In this document: positions 49,271 through 59,751 of the stretch, piece after piece
Layout of the letters: every line of letters begins with the position of its first letter
Position numbering within the stretch: position 1 is the first letter of the stretch
Source: an uncultured Chloroflexia bacterium
Lineage (GTDB): Bacteria; Chloroflexota; Limnocylindria; Limnocylindrales; CSP1-4
Reading direction: 5' to 3'
Length of the DNA: 64,000 nucleotides
Assembly (NCBI GenBank): GCA_963746845.1
Contig: CAVVCZ010000004.1
Location: forward strand, 800,001 to 864,000
Made by a program: the position numbers and the translations under genes
The notes under the pieces: model-generated
Database searches by the model: none
What the model was told of the DNA's origin: nothing
What the model saw: the letters and a program-made list of their open reading frames with translations, nothing else

Positions 49271-50233
49271 TCAGCCGGCGGTCGCCGGCTCCTCCTTCTC
49301 GGCCGCCTCGCGGGCGAGCTCGGCGGCGATCTCCTCGGGCGACGCCTCGGCCGGGATCGGTCCGAGATCCGCGCCGGCCGCCGCCGGGCGGACGCCCGGC
49401 AGGAGGTCGTCCTCGTCCTCGGCGTCGGGCTCGAACGTCAGGGCGGCACCGCCGGCGAGGGCGGCGACGAGCTCGTCCGAGGCGGACTCGTCGTACTCGG
49501 GCTCGGCGGTGATCGCGATCTCGGGCTCGGGCTCGATCGCCCGGGCGGCGCGCTCCTGCTGGCCCTCGAGGCACGCGTCGGCGACCAGCTGGCAGAGCAG
49601 CCGGATCGACCGGATCGCGTCGTCGTTGGCCGGGATGATGTGGTCGATCTCGTCCGGGTCGACGTTCGTGTCGCCGGTGGCGACCACCGGGACCTCGAGC
49701 TTGTTCGCCTCGGTCACGGCGATCCGCTCGCGATGCGGGTCGATGATGAAGACCGCGCCGGGCGTCCGCTTCATCTTGCGCATGCCGCCGACGGTCAGGG
49801 TGAGCTTCGTCATCTCGTCGGTGAGCTTCGCGGCTTCCTTCTTCGTCATCCGCTCGAAGTCGCCGGCCTGCTGGCGTGCCTCGAGCTGCTCGAGGAGGGC
49901 GATCCGCTTCTTGATCGTCGAGAAGTTCGTGAGCATGCCGCCGAGCCAGCGCTTGTTCACGTACGGCTGGCCGGCCCGGGTCGCCTCCTGGGCGATCGGC
50001 TCCTGGGCCTGCTTCTTCGTGCCGACGAACAGCACGTACTCGCCACGAGCGACCGTGTCACGCACGAACTCGAGGGACGAGTCGAGGTGCTTGACGGTCT
50101 GGGCGAGGTCGATGATGTGGATCCCGTTGCGCTCGGCGAAGATGAACGGGCGCATCTTGGGATTCCAGCGGCGCGTCTGGTGGCCGAAGTGGACACCGGC
50201 TTCGAGCAGCTGCCGCATCGAGACGGACGGCAC
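49271..50233 (-). CDS. rpsB: 30S ribosomal protein S2
   Basis: [28 protein letters not shown]; AGGAGG SD. Confidence 0.98.
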   Translation of the reverse strand: MPSVSMRQLLEAGVHFGHQTRRWNPKMRPFIFAERNGIHIIDLAQTVKHLDSSLEFVRDTVARGEYVLFVGTKKQAQEPIAQEATRAGQPYVNKRWLGGMLTNFSTIKKRIALLEQLEARQQAGDFERMTKKEAAKLTDEMTKLTLTVGGMRKMKRTPGAVFIIDPHRERIAVTEANKLEVPVVATGDTNVDPDEIDHIIPANDDAIRSIRLLCQLVADACLEGQQERAARAIEPEPEIAITAEPEYDESASDELVAALAGGAALTFEPDAEDEDDLLPGVRPAAAGADLGPIPAEASPEEIAAELAREAAEKEEPATAG

Positions 50234-50244
50234 GGGGCGAGACC

Positions 50245-50360
50245 TCCTGTTCGGTTTCGTTCCTCCGCGGACCTCGTCGCCGGGTTTCCGGTCCACCACG
50301 CTCGCGTCGCCGCGGGTGGTGGGCCGGCACCGTCCCGGTCGGAACGGTCCGCGTGTGATC
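50245..50360 (-). promoter_or_regulatory. rpsB 5' leader RNA (t44/S2-leader-like)
   Basis: CACACGCGGACC pairs with GGUCCGCGGAGG around an internal GGUGCC, as in the S2-autoregulated leader; TGcTACACT at 50414-50422. Confidence 0.65.
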
Positions 50361-50458
50361 TCCGGCGCCACAGGGCGACGGGTGGTGCCACGAGCGGGCC
50401 CGCGGCGCGCCGGAGTGTAGCACGGGGTCCCGCTGTGGCCCCCGTGTGCCGGTCCGCG

Positions 50459-50845
50459 TCAGAACGCCGCGCGATGGTGGCGGAGCCGCGGTGTCGCGTC
50501 GTCCGAGCCCGGCTCGACCACCACCAGGTCGAACCGGATCGGCAGTCGTGGCACGGTCGGCGCCCCGTCGAGCCAGCGCCAGGCGCCCGCGTGGAGCCGG
50601 GCGCGCTTCCGGCGGTCGACCGTCTCCTCGGCCAGCCCGAACGACCTGCCGGCTCGCCAGCGGACCTCGATGAAGACGAGCGCCGGCGGCGGGCCCGGGT
50701 CCGTCGCGATCACGTCCAGCTCGGCGCGCCCCGCGTGGACGTTCCGGGCAAGGATCGTCCAGCCGGCCGCGACCAGGTGGCCCGCCACGATGGTCTCGGC
50801 GGCGTCCCCGAGCCGTTGGGCCGGCGTTCGCGTGGGCTCGACCAT
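50459..50845 (-). CDS. yraN: YraN family protein
   Basis: ILARN, ELDVIA, VFIEVR, RFDLV; typical rnhB neighbour. Confidence 0.88.
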   Translation of the reverse strand: MVEPTRTPAQRLGDAAETIVAGHLVAAGWTILARNVHAGRAELDVIATDPGPPPALVFIEVRWRAGRSFGLAEETVDRRKRARLHAGAWRWLDGAPTVPRLPIRFDLVVVEPGSDDATPRLRHHRAAF

Positions 50846-50962
50846 CCCCGCAGGATGGGCCGGGCCTCGTATGCGCCGGTCATCCCACACTTCGCCGCGG
50901 ATTGCCTCCGGTTCACCAGCGGCTCACCACCCGCTGACCCGTCGGTCCGCGGGCGGACCGCC

Positions 50963-51529
50963 TCACCCCGGGGTCGCGGGCGTCGCGGCCGCCTGTGCCT
51001 GCGCCTCCTGGTACTCCCCGATCGCGTCCGCTAGCGAGTGCCCGGGCACGACATCGACCTGGACGCGTCGGATGACCGACTCGAACTCGACATTGCCCGC
51101 CATGAACGCCGCGAACCGATCGGCGTCGTCGAGTGGGACCGCGACGATGAGCCCGCTCCGGCCTTCGGCCATCAGGCCGGAGATGCCCTGCAGGTCCCCG
51201 TCCTTCATGCCAGCGTCCCGCAGCTTCGCCGTCACCGCGCCGATCGCCGCGCCCGCCACGATCGCCCCGACGCCGATCGGTCCCAGGACCCCGGCGAGCA
51301 CCACGCCCGCGATCCCACCGGTCGCGGCGCCCTTGCCCGCGCCGGGATCGACCCCTTCGTCGACCGTGATCTCGGCCTCCTTGCCGGGTTCCCGCCGGAT
51401 CATCGCCCAGTCGGTGATCGTGATCTTCTTGTCCTTGACGCCCTCCTTGATCAGCTCGAGGACGTAGGGAGGGATCCCGGCGTCGGTGAATCCCATGAGG
51501 AACAGTCGAGTGGGCTTCGGGTCGCCCAT
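50963..51529 (-). CDS. DUF1269-like membrane protein
   Basis: Gly-zipper GAATGGIAGVVLAGVLGPIG...GAAIGA, D.G..D. Confidence 0.7.
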   Translation of the reverse strand: MGDPKPTRLFLMGFTDAGIPPYVLELIKEGVKDKKITITDWAMIRREPGKEAEITVDEGVDPGAGKGAATGGIAGVVLAGVLGPIGVGAIVAGAAIGAVTAKLRDAGMKDGDLQGISGLMAEGRSGLIVAVPLDDADRFAAFMAGNVEFESVIRRVQVDVVPGHSLADAIGEYQEAQAQAAATPATPG

Positions 51530-51619
51530 CGTGAACACCTCTTGACGGCGGGCGGCAGATGCCGCTGGAGGATCCATTGGGCCGCGCTCGACGCCATCCG
51601 TCGAGGGCGCCAGCCCGTG

Positions 51620-52396
51620 TCAACCGGCGGCGCCGACCTCCAGCAGGACGAGATCGTCGGCATCGAGCATCGCGTCGTCGGCCATGACCGGGATCGCCTC
51701 CCGCTCGAGGATCCCGACCGTGGTCTCCGAGGCGTTCGGGTCGGCGAGCAGGTCGAACGCGAGCTGATCGCCGGCCAGGGTCCGCTGCAGGGCGAGGAAC
51801 GATCGACGATGGAAGGGGGTCAGGCCCATCTGGCGGATGGCGTCGCGGTGGTCACGGGTCGCGTAGCCCTGGTTGTGCTCCCAGCCGTAGCCCGGGTACC
51901 GGACGGCGAGCTTCGCCATCATCCGATCCCGGACGACCTTGGCGACGACGCTGGCGCAGGCGATCGAGTAGACCTTCGCGTCGCCGTCGACGATGTTGGT
52001 GTACGGCCCGACCCTGGCCTCGAACCCGACGATCCGGTTCCCGTCGACGAGGACGTGGTCGTGACCGCCGAGCCGGGCGATCGCCCGGCGCATCGCGAGA
52101 TGCGTGGCGTGATAGATGTTCAGCTGGTCGATCTCCCGGACCGACGCGGCACCGACGCCGACCGCCACCGCCCGCGCCCGGATCAGGGGAGCGAGCTTCT
52201 CGCGCTGGGCCATCGAGAGGGTCTTCGAGTCGCGGACACCCGGGATCCGGTGGCAGCCGGGCTTCATGATCACGGCCGCCGCCACGACCGCTCCGCACGT
52301 CGGCGCCACGCCGACCTCGTCGACGCCCGCGACGCGGGTGTGGCCGTCGTTCCAGAGCTTCCGTTCGTGACGCAGGGTCGGGACGATCACGGCCAT
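51620..52396 (-). CDS. rnhB: ribonuclease HII
   Basis: AGVDEVG, DSK, VDG, IACASVVAKV.RD, GY, HRRSF. Confidence 0.95.
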   Translation of the reverse strand: MAVIVPTLRHERKLWNDGHTRVAGVDEVGVAPTCGAVVAAAVIMKPGCHRIPGVRDSKTLSMAQREKLAPLIRARAVAVGVGAASVREIDQLNIYHATHLAMRRAIARLGGHDHVLVDGNRIVGFEARVGPYTNIVDGDAKVYSIACASVVAKVVRDRMMAKLAVRYPGYGWEHNQGYATRDHRDAIRQMGLTPFHRRSFLALQRTLAGDQLAFDLLADPNASETTVGILEREAIPVMADDAMLDADDLVLLEVGAAG

Positions 52397-52727
52397 CGAC
52401 CGTCAGGGTAGCCGGTCGGGACGACGGCCGCCCATCCCGCTCGGACGAGCCTGCCAGATCGACGCGCCTTGTCGACTACGTGCCGGATCGGGCCGAATGA
52501 GTGACAGATCGTCGCGGGGTGACGACCAGGCACGATCGACCGCCCGAATCCGGCCCGGCGTCGGCCCGCTCGAGCGTGGGACCGTGCCTGAAGATCTCTA
52601 ACACCCGTGCCGACGGTGCCTCGTCGACACCCGGTGACGATCTGTCACCGGATCGCGGCGGGCGGCGCGTCTGCCGACACCCGACGACGAGACGGCAGGC
52701 AAACGCGGCGGCCGGCCGGGAATCGAA

Positions 52728-52750
52728 CGACCCCGGGCGGGCCGGGGTCG
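52728..52750 (-). terminator. hairpin downstream of rplS
   Basis: CGACCCCGG-gcggg-CCGGGGTCG 9-bp stem followed by UUCGAUU. Confidence 0.55.
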
Positions 52751-52769
52751 ACGGGCTGTGGCGGGAGGC

Positions 52770-53120
52770 TCAGCGAGCGGTCCGGCGCTCCCGGAGCGTC
52801 GCGGCCTTGCCGACGCGGTCGCGGAGGAAATACAGCTGGGCCCGGCGGACCTGGCCGTGGCGGACGACCTCGATCTTGTCGATCCGGGGGCTGTGGATCT
52901 TGAACGTCCGCTCGACGCCGACGCCGCTGGCGATCCGACGGACCGTGATCGAGCGGGTGATCCCGCCGCCGCGGAGGCGCATCACGATGCCCTCGAACAC
53001 CTGGATCCGCTCGCGGTTGCCCTCGATGACCTTCGCCGACACCTTGACCGTGTCACCCGAGGCGATCTCGGGGAGGTCCGTGCGGAGCTGGTCGGAGACG
53101 ATCTCGTCGAGGACGTTCAC
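52770..53120 (-). CDS. rplS: 50S ribosomal protein L19
   Basis: [32 protein letters not shown]; TGcTATACT at 53202-53210. Confidence 0.98.
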   Translation of the reverse strand: MNVLDEIVSDQLRTDLPEIASGDTVKVSAKVIEGNRERIQVFEGIVMRLRGGGITRSITVRRIASGVGVERTFKIHSPRIDKIEVVRHGQVRRAQLYFLRDRVGKAATLRERRTAR

Positions 53121-53299
53121 TGGGCGTTCCTTGTGCGTCGTCGGCAGCCCGAAGCTGCAAGCGGAGTCGGGAGTCAGGCCGAACCGATCGACCGGCGGCG
53201 GAGTATAGCATGACGACCGCGTGCGCCCGCTCGCTGGAGGAGGAGCCATCCCGGTGGCTTGGGGAGCGGGATCGAGGCGCCGCGGTCGCTCCGCCCGGG

Positions 53300-53971
53300 T
53301 CAGTCCGGGAGCAGGTCCGGTCGTCGCTCGCGGGTCCGGATGCGGGCCTGCTCCGCGCGCCAGCGCGCGACGGCGCCGTGGTCTCCGGAGGTCAGGATCG
53401 CCGGGACGTCCAGGCCACGGAACGTCGGCGGGCGCGTGTACTGCGGGTACTCGAGGAGCCCGTCGGCGAACGATTCCTCGGTCGTCGAGGCGTCGTCGAT
53501 CGCGCCGGGCAGGAGCCGGATCACGGCGTCGATGACCACGAGCGCGGGCAGCTCCCCGCCCGTCAGGACGTAGTCGCCGATCGAGAGCTCGAGGTCCACG
53601 AGGGAACGAACCCGATCGTCGACCCCCTCGTAGCGCCCGCAGACGAGGACGAGGTGCGTTCGGGCGGCAAGGTCGTGGGCGCGGGGCTGGCCGAAGACCT
53701 CGCCGGCGGGATCCAGCAGGATCACGAGCGAGTCGTCACGGCGGAGGGCGTCGATCCCCTCGGCGATCGGCTCGGGCCGCATCACCATCCCGGCGCCACC
53801 GCCGTACGGCGCGTCGTCCACGCTCCGGTGCCGCCCGAGGCCCCACTCCCGGAGGTCGTGCGTCCGGACCGTCGCGATCCCGCGATCCTGGATCCGGCCC
53901 GGGATGCTCTCGGCGAGCGGCCCGTCGATCATCGCGGGAAACAGGGTCAGGACATCGATCTCGAGCGTCAC
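53300..53971 (-). CDS. trmD: tRNA (guanine37-N1)-methyltransferase
   Basis: [39 protein letters not shown]. Confidence 0.97.
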   Translation of the reverse strand: MTLEIDVLTLFPAMIDGPLAESIPGRIQDRGIATVRTHDLREWGLGRHRSVDDAPYGGGAGMVMRPEPIAEGIDALRRDDSLVILLDPAGEVFGQPRAHDLAARTHLVLVCGRYEGVDDRVRSLVDLELSIGDYVLTGGELPALVVIDAVIRLLPGAIDDASTTEESFADGLLEYPQYTRPPTFRGLDVPAILTSGDHGAVARWRAEQARIRTRERRPDLLPD

Positions 53972-54641
53972 GGGGCCTCCGAGCCGTCCGGCCGGCGTCC
54001 GCGGGCGACGCGGGCGGATCGACCGAACCCGCCGCTCGGCGACGCGAGCCCGGCCGACGCCGGGGCGCGCGTGGACGGTCCGGCCCGTTCGGCCGCGATC
54101 CGGATGGCGGCGCGAGGTCGAGGGCGTCGGTGTCCACGACGATCTCGCCGCGGCGCGGGGCGAAGATCCGGACGAAGTCGCGGACGCCGGGGACGTCGAA
54201 CTCGCCGTAGGGGCCGCCGTCGACGAGGTACACTTCGGCACCGCCGGAGCGATACACGTCCCGGACGGTCCCGAGCACCTCGCCGGTCGTCGACATGACC
54301 GTCGTGCCGACGACCTCGTGCCAGAAGTACGAGCCGCGTGGGAGGGCGGCGTCCGGACCCGCGTCGATCTCGAGGTACGCGCCGACAAGGGCCTCGGCCG
54401 CCTCGCGGTCGGTGACCTCCGCGAACTGCAGGCGCCAGCCCGGTCCGTCGGCGACCGCCGACGACCAGGTCACGGTCAATCGGTCGTCGGCGCCCTCCCG
54501 ATGCAGCAGGGCGCCCGGGGCGTAACGCTGCTCCGGCCGGTCGGTCAGGATCTCGACCCGGACGACACCGCGAAGCCCGTGCGCGCCGCGGACGAGAGCG
54601 ACGACCAGACGCCGATCTGCGGTGTCGGCCGGTTCGGCCAC
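53968..54641 (-). CDS. rimM: ribosome maturation factor RimM (probable 1-nt deletion near 53990 hides natural stop)
   Basis: [18 protein letters not shown] barrel; khpA-trmD context; adding one base gives ...PDGSEAP* overlapping trmD GTG. Confidence 0.88.
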
Positions 54642-54653
54642 GGAGGGCGTGCC

Positions 54654-54887
54654 CTAGAGGATCTCGAGCGAGACGGGCTCGCCATCGCGAGCCGCGGTCA
54701 CCTTGAGCAGGGTCCGGAGCGCCTTCGCGACGCTGCCGTTCCGCCCGATGACCTTGCCCATGTCGTCCTCCGCGACATGGAGCTCGATGACGGTCCCGCC
54801 CTGGTCCTGGACGACCTCGACCTTCACGGCCTCGGGGTCGTCGACGAGGGACTTGGCGACGTATTCGACGAGATCGGCTGCAGCCAT
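54654..54887 (-). CDS. khpA: KH-domain RNA-binding protein KhpA
   Basis: LVDDP, DMGKVIGRNG; after rpsP. Confidence 0.93.
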   Translation of the reverse strand: MAAADLVEYVAKSLVDDPEAVKVEVVQDQGGTVIELHVAEDDMGKVIGRNGSVAKALRTLLKVTAARDGEPVSLEIL

Positions 54888-54894
54888 CGGATCC

Positions 54895-55152
54895 CTACTT
54901 CTTCTCGGCCGGCAGGATGCCGGTGGACCGGAACAGACGGGCGACCGTGTCGGACGGCTGGGCGCCCTTCGCGAGCCAGGCCGTCGCCTTCTCGGCGTCG
55001 ATCTTCAGCTCGATGGGCTCCGTCCGGGGGTTGTAATGGCCGATCGTCTCGATCGCTCGGCTGTCCCGGGCGGATCGGGCGTCGGCGACGACGACGCGAT
55101 AGGTCGGCTGCTTGGTCGCGCCCACGCGCGTCAGCCGGATTCGGACTGCCAT
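54895..55152 (-). CDS. rpsP: 30S ribosomal protein S16
   Basis: [26 protein letters not shown]. Confidence 0.98.
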   Translation of the reverse strand: MAVRIRLTRVGATKQPTYRVVVADARSARDSRAIETIGHYNPRTEPIELKIDAEKATAWLAKGAQPSDTVARLFRSTGILPAEKK

Positions 55153-55225
55153 GTGCGATTCGTTCCTCCTGGTCACCGCCGGCGTCTGGGGCGCCGGCCG
55201 GTTGGGCATGATGGGGCGACGGGGC

Positions 55226-57106
55226 CTAGTGCACCGTCAGCTGGCCCGACCCGCGATCGATCCCGCCGTCCTTGCGGACCGCGTTGATCAGCGCGTCGAA
55301 GTGCTCGAAGTAGGGCTTGTACTCCTGGTAGTTCGCCCACTTGTCGGCCGTGACGCTCTTCTGGATCAGCGGCTCGACGAGCGCGCGGATCCCGGAGATG
55401 TCGACGAACGACGAGGAGATGTTGTCGGTGCCGACGCGACCGAGCAGGCTCTTGAACCGCGCGTCGTCGGCGAGCGAGTTGCCGGGACCGGCGTCGAGGA
55501 CCGCCGCCACGAAGTCACGGCCGTAACCGACGACCGCGACGCTGTCATTGGCGGCCCAGGCGATCTCCGGCTTGTAGCCGGCGGGCAACCCCTTGAGGTC
55601 GACGCCGGACACCCCGCTGAAGTCCGCGATCGTGATGGTGGTGCCGTTGTGGTCCTCCGTCCGGACGGCGAGGCCCGTGGATCCGCCGGCCAGCTGGAGG
55701 TCCGCGGTCAGGACGCCGAGCAGCCGCTTGGCCGCGGCCGGGTCGTTGGCCTGGACGACGAGGCCGGCGCCGATCGTGCCGTCGGCGCCCGGGGAGACCG
55801 CCAGCGCGGCGTCGCCCCACCAGCCGAAGACGCCGTCGAAGCCGCCGAGAAGCGCCATCGCCTGGTCGATGGAGTCGAATGCCCCCTTCGCCTCCGGCAG
55901 GGCCCGGAACTTGCCGAGCAGGGCGGACAGTGCCGGACCCACGTCATGGACCTCTGCGTAGGCCACGGTCTTCGCCGGGAGGTGGCCGAGGACCCCGCTC
56001 TTGTGGTTGGTCGCGTCATAGCCGATCGACCACGGCGGGCTCGTGTGCGAGAAGGCCAGGGCGTCGTTCTCGAAGCGGATCGTCGAGGACTGCCAGGCCG
56101 GGATCATCGACAGCAGGGTCTCGTCGATCTGGGTCTTGTCGAGCGCGCCGGCGGCGGCCGATCCGACCATCGCGATGACCCCGTCGATGGCGGCCTTCGT
56201 CCGGACGAGGCTGAAGCCGACGTTGTCCTGATCGATCGAGGCCAGCGCCGCCTTGACGTCATCGTTCGCCCCGAACGAGCTATTCCCGTTCGTGTCCACG
56301 GCCGCCTTCACGGCGGCCTGCGTGCCGCCGAGCATCACCTTGTCGGTGATCGCGACCGCGATGCCCCCGCCCGGCGCGTCCGCGTTCACGTAGAGGTCCG
56401 CGCCGTTGTAGGTGGAGTGGTTCGTCGAGGCGGCGTCCACGACGGAGGTCAGCCAGGCGCCGGCCTTCGCGCGGTCCTTGATCGACACGGCGAACAGCAC
56501 ATTGTCCATCCCGGCCATCGCCGGCGCGCTCACGGCGTTGCCGGTGCCGCCCCCGCCGACGGTGCTCTGCGCGCTCGTCGAGGCACCGAGCGCCTTCACG
56601 TCGGGGAGCCCGACCCCGAGCGCGATCTGGCCACCGAACCACGGCTTGATGTCCGTCGTCCACGTCTGCTTGTCCTTCGACGCGGACTTCACGAGCCGGT
56701 CGAAGACGTCGTCGAGCTTGGCATCGAGCTGGGCCTGGTCGTCGAAGCCGGGCAGCGCGTTCTTCAGGAACTCGCCGAGCTTCTGGCGCTGGTCGCCGGG
56801 CAGGTCGAGACGCGCCTCGGCATAGACGAGGGTGGAGGCGGGCATGTAGCCCATCGCGATCGACGGGGTCGGACGACCGGCCGCCAGCGACACGACGACG
56901 GCGCTCGCACCGACCACGACGACGACACCGACGAGGGCGACCAGCCAGCGGAGGCTGTTCCGGCCGCGCCGTCCCGGTGCGGCGGTGGCGGGCGCCTCGG
57001 GCGCCGGCGTCGAGAGCTGATTCGGAACCGGTGCGGTCTGGTCCCAGGCCGAGGGCGGGATGTCCTCGATCGTGGTCCCGGCGTCCGGCCTGACGGGCTC
57101 GGTCAT
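55226..57106 (-). CDS. membrane-anchored DUF3352-like protein
   Basis: Single TM, then [11 protein letters not shown] and repeated alpha/beta segments typical of DUF3352. Confidence 0.65.
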   Translation of the reverse strand: MTEPVRPDAGTTIEDIPPSAWDQTAPVPNQLSTPAPEAPATAAPGRRGRNSLRWLVALVGVVVVVGASAVVVSLAAGRPTPSIAMGYMPASTLVYAEARLDLPGDQRQKLGEFLKNALPGFDDQAQLDAKLDDVFDRLVKSASKDKQTWTTDIKPWFGGQIALGVGLPDVKALGASTSAQSTVGGGGTGNAVSAPAMAGMDNVLFAVSIKDRAKAGAWLTSVVDAASTNHSTYNGADLYVNADAPGGGIAVAITDKVMLGGTQAAVKAAVDTNGNSSFGANDDVKAALASIDQDNVGFSLVRTKAAIDGVIAMVGSAAAGALDKTQIDETLLSMIPAWQSSTIRFENDALAFSHTSPPWSIGYDATNHKSGVLGHLPAKTVAYAEVHDVGPALSALLGKFRALPEAKGAFDSIDQAMALLGGFDGVFGWWGDAALAVSPGADGTIGAGLVVQANDPAAAKRLLGVLTADLQLAGGSTGLAVRTEDHNGTTITIADFSGVSGVDLKGLPAGYKPEIAWAANDSVAVVGYGRDFVAAVLDAGPGNSLADDARFKSLLGRVGTDNISSSFVDISGIRALVEPLIQKSVTADKWANYQEYKPYFEHFDALINAVRKDGGIDRGSGQLTVH

Positions 57107-57125
57107 CGGATGACGTTCCTTCCCT

Positions 57126-58460
57126 CTAGCGCCGGCCCATCAGGCCGGACATCGCGGCTCGCTTGCCGCCTGCGCCACTGAACTGCTTCATGAGCTTCGA
57201 GAGCTCAGCGTGCTGCTTGATCAGTCGATTGACCTCGGTGAGGTCCGTGCCGGCGCCGGCGGCGACCCGTCGTCGCCGTGAGCCGTTGAGGACCGCGGGA
57301 TCGCGCCGCTCACGCGGCGTCATGGACTGGATGATCGCCTCGACGCGACGCAGGTCCCCGCGGTCGACGGCTTCCTGGGCCTGCTTCGCCATCCCGCCCA
57401 TGCCCGGGATCATGCCCATCAGCTGGCCCATCGGGCCCATCTTCTGGACCTGCTGGATCTGCTCGAGGAAGTCCTCCAGCGTGAACTGGGACTTCCGGAG
57501 CTTCTCCTCCATCTTCGCGGCCTGGTCCGCGTCGACGTGCTCCTGGGCCCGCTCGACGAGCGTCATCACATCGCCCATCCCGAGGATCCGGCCGGCGAGC
57601 CGGTCCGGATGGAAGACCTCGAGGGCGTCGGTCTTCTCGCCGGTGCCCATGAACTTCACCGCGAGCCCGGTCACCGCGCCGATCGACAGCGCGGCACCGC
57701 CACGGGCGTCGCCGTCGATCTTCGTGAGGACGAGCCCGGTGACCGGCACCGCGTCGCGGAAGGCCTGGGCGACGGTCACGGCCTCCTGGCCGGTCATCGC
57801 GTCGACGACGAGGAGCGTCTCGACCGGGTGGACGGCCGCATCGACGGCGGCGATCTCGTCCATCAGCGCCTGGTCGACGGTCAGCCGCCCGGCCGTGTCG
57901 AGGATGACGACGTCCCGGGTGAGCCGGCGCGCGGCGTCCACGCCGCCCCGGGCGATGTCGACGACCGGCGTCCCGACGGGCGCGCGATGGACGGGGATGT
58001 CGAGGGCCTTGCCGAGCGTCTCGAGCTGGTCCGCGGCGGCGGGACGGTACGGATCCGCGGCGACGAGGAGCGGGCGGCGGCCCTGCCGGACGAGGTGGCG
58101 GGCGAGCTTGGCGGACGACGTCGTCTTGCCGGAGCCCTGGAGGCCGACCATCGCGACGACCGCCGGGTTGCCGCTCAGATGGAACGTCCGGTCCCCGGCG
58201 CCGAGCAGCGCGACCAGCTCGTCGTGGACGATCTTCACGATCTGCTGGCCGGCGGTCAGGCTCGCCAGGATGTCGGCCCCGACGGCCTGCTCCCGGACGC
58301 GGGCGACGAAGTCCTTGACGACCTTGAAGTTGACGTCCGCCTCGAGCAGCGACAGCCGGATCTCGCGCATCGCCGCGTCGACATCCGCCTCGCTGACGCG
58401 GCCGCGGCCGGTCAGGTCGGCGAGGGTCTTGCGCAGGCGCTCACTCAGGCTGTCGAACAC
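57126..58460 (-). CDS. ffh: signal recognition particle protein
   Basis: GLQGSGKTT, DTAGR, TKIDGDARGG, M-domain. Confidence 0.97.
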   Translation of the reverse strand: MFDSLSERLRKTLADLTGRGRVSEADVDAAMREIRLSLLEADVNFKVVKDFVARVREQAVGADILASLTAGQQIVKIVHDELVALLGAGDRTFHLSGNPAVVAMVGLQGSGKTTSSAKLARHLVRQGRRPLLVAADPYRPAAADQLETLGKALDIPVHRAPVGTPVVDIARGGVDAARRLTRDVVILDTAGRLTVDQALMDEIAAVDAAVHPVETLLVVDAMTGQEAVTVAQAFRDAVPVTGLVLTKIDGDARGGAALSIGAVTGLAVKFMGTGEKTDALEVFHPDRLAGRILGMGDVMTLVERAQEHVDADQAAKMEEKLRKSQFTLEDFLEQIQQVQKMGPMGQLMGMIPGMGGMAKQAQEAVDRGDLRRVEAIIQSMTPRERRDPAVLNGSRRRRVAAGAGTDLTEVNRLIKQHAELSKLMKQFSGAGGKRAAMSGLMGRR

Positions 58461-58611
58461 GGTTCGGCTCGGGCTCCGTCGAGGTGGAGGACCGGATGTC
58501 GAGGCGCGGAGGCCACGACGTCCGGGTGGTGCGCGGGTTCTGACGCACCGAGGCGGCCGAAGTGTAGCGCAAGCCTCGTTCGGGGCCACCGGTACGTTCG
58601 GACCCCCGGGG

Positions 58612-59751
58612 TCAGGCGAAGAGTGCCGCCACGAACGCGTCCGGGTCGAACGGCAGGAGGTCGCCGGCCTGCTCCCCCACCCCGACGAACCGGACCGGCA
58701 CGCCGAGGTCGTGCTCGATCGCGAAGACGATCCCGCCCTTGGCGGTCGAATCGAGCTTCGTGAGGACGATCCCCGTCAGGCCGACCGCCTCGTGGAAGGC
58801 CTTCGCCTGCTGGAGCCCGTTCTGGCCGGTCGTCGCGTCGAGGACGAACAGGGTCTCCGGCTCGGCGCCCGGCAGGCGCTTGTCGACGACGCGCCGGATC
58901 TTCGTCAGCTCGTCCATCAGGTTGGACTTCGTGTGGAGGCGGCCGGCCGTGTCGGCGATGACGATGTCGACGCCTCGGGCGACAGCCGCGTCCAGGGCGT
59001 CATAGACGACGGCGCCCGGGTCCGCGCCGGGGGCGTGTGACACGACGGGCACGCCGGCGCGATCGGCCCAGATCAGGAGCTGGTCGATCGCGGCCGCACG
59101 GAAGGTGTCGGCGGCCGCCAACAGCACGGTTCGTCCTTCATGGGCATAGCGCGTGGCCAGCTTGCCGATCGTCGTGGTCTTGCCGGTGCCATTGACGCCG
59201 ACGACCAGGACGACGGCCGGCTGGCCCGCCCCGGCCGATCGCGGCGCCCAGTGGAGCCCGTCGCGGGGCACGAGCATGCCCGCCAGCTCCGCCCGGATCG
59301 CCGCCTCCGCCCCGGCGGGATCGCGCCGTCGCCTGGCACGCTCGACGACGTCCATCGCGAGCGCGGCGCCGACGTCGCCCGCGATCAGGGTCTCCTCGAC
59401 GTCATCCCACGACGGACCGTCGGGCCCACCGGAGAGCGCGCCGCGGAGAAGGGTCATGAACCCACCGCGCGTCCGCTCGAGCCCCTGCTCGAGGGCCTCC
59501 TCGATCTCGTCGTCCGTATCGGCGAAGAGCGGCTTGAAGGCGGCCGCCCGGGCGAGTGGGCTCGGGGTCTCCGACGGCGGGGCGGATTCGGCGGTCGCCG
59601 CGGATGCGACGACGGCATCCGGTGGCGCGGATCCACCCGCCTCCGCGTCGGGACCGAAGGCCGCCGGGTCGGGCTCGGGGGCGTCGAGGTCGATCTCGGG
59701 CGAGGCGTCCGGTTCGGTTTCCGGCTCGTCGCGCTTGCGGCGCCAGAACAT
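58612..59751 (-). CDS. ftsY: SRP receptor FtsY
   Basis: [34 protein letters not shown]. Confidence 0.97.
   Translation of the reverse strand: MFWRRKRDEPETEPDASPEIDLDAPEPDPAAFGPDAEAGGSAPPDAVVASAATAESAPPSETPSPLARAAAFKPLFADTDDEIEEALEQGLERTRGGFMTLLRGALSGGPDGPSWDDVEETLIAGDVGAALAMDVVERARRRRDPAGAEAAIRAELAGMLVPRDGLHWAPRSAGAGQPAVVLVVGVNGTGKTTTIGKLATRYAHEGRTVLLAAADTFRAAAIDQLLIWADRAGVPVVSHAPGADPGAVVYDALDAAVARGVDIVIADTAGRLHTKSNLMDELTKIRRVVDKRLPGAEPETLFVLDATTGQNGLQQAKAFHEAVGLTGIVLTKLDSTAKGGIVFAIEHDLGVPVRFVGVGEQAGDLLPFDPDAFVAALFA

Noticed and set aside
52715-52730. GTTCGATTCCC as a tRNA T-loop
   Set aside because: No flanking T-stem pairing, cloverleaf or CCA end; the same holds at 31606.
58461-58611. 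SRP RNA (ffs) next to ffh
   Set aside because: Lacks the CAGG..GNRA..AGCAG domain IV signature.
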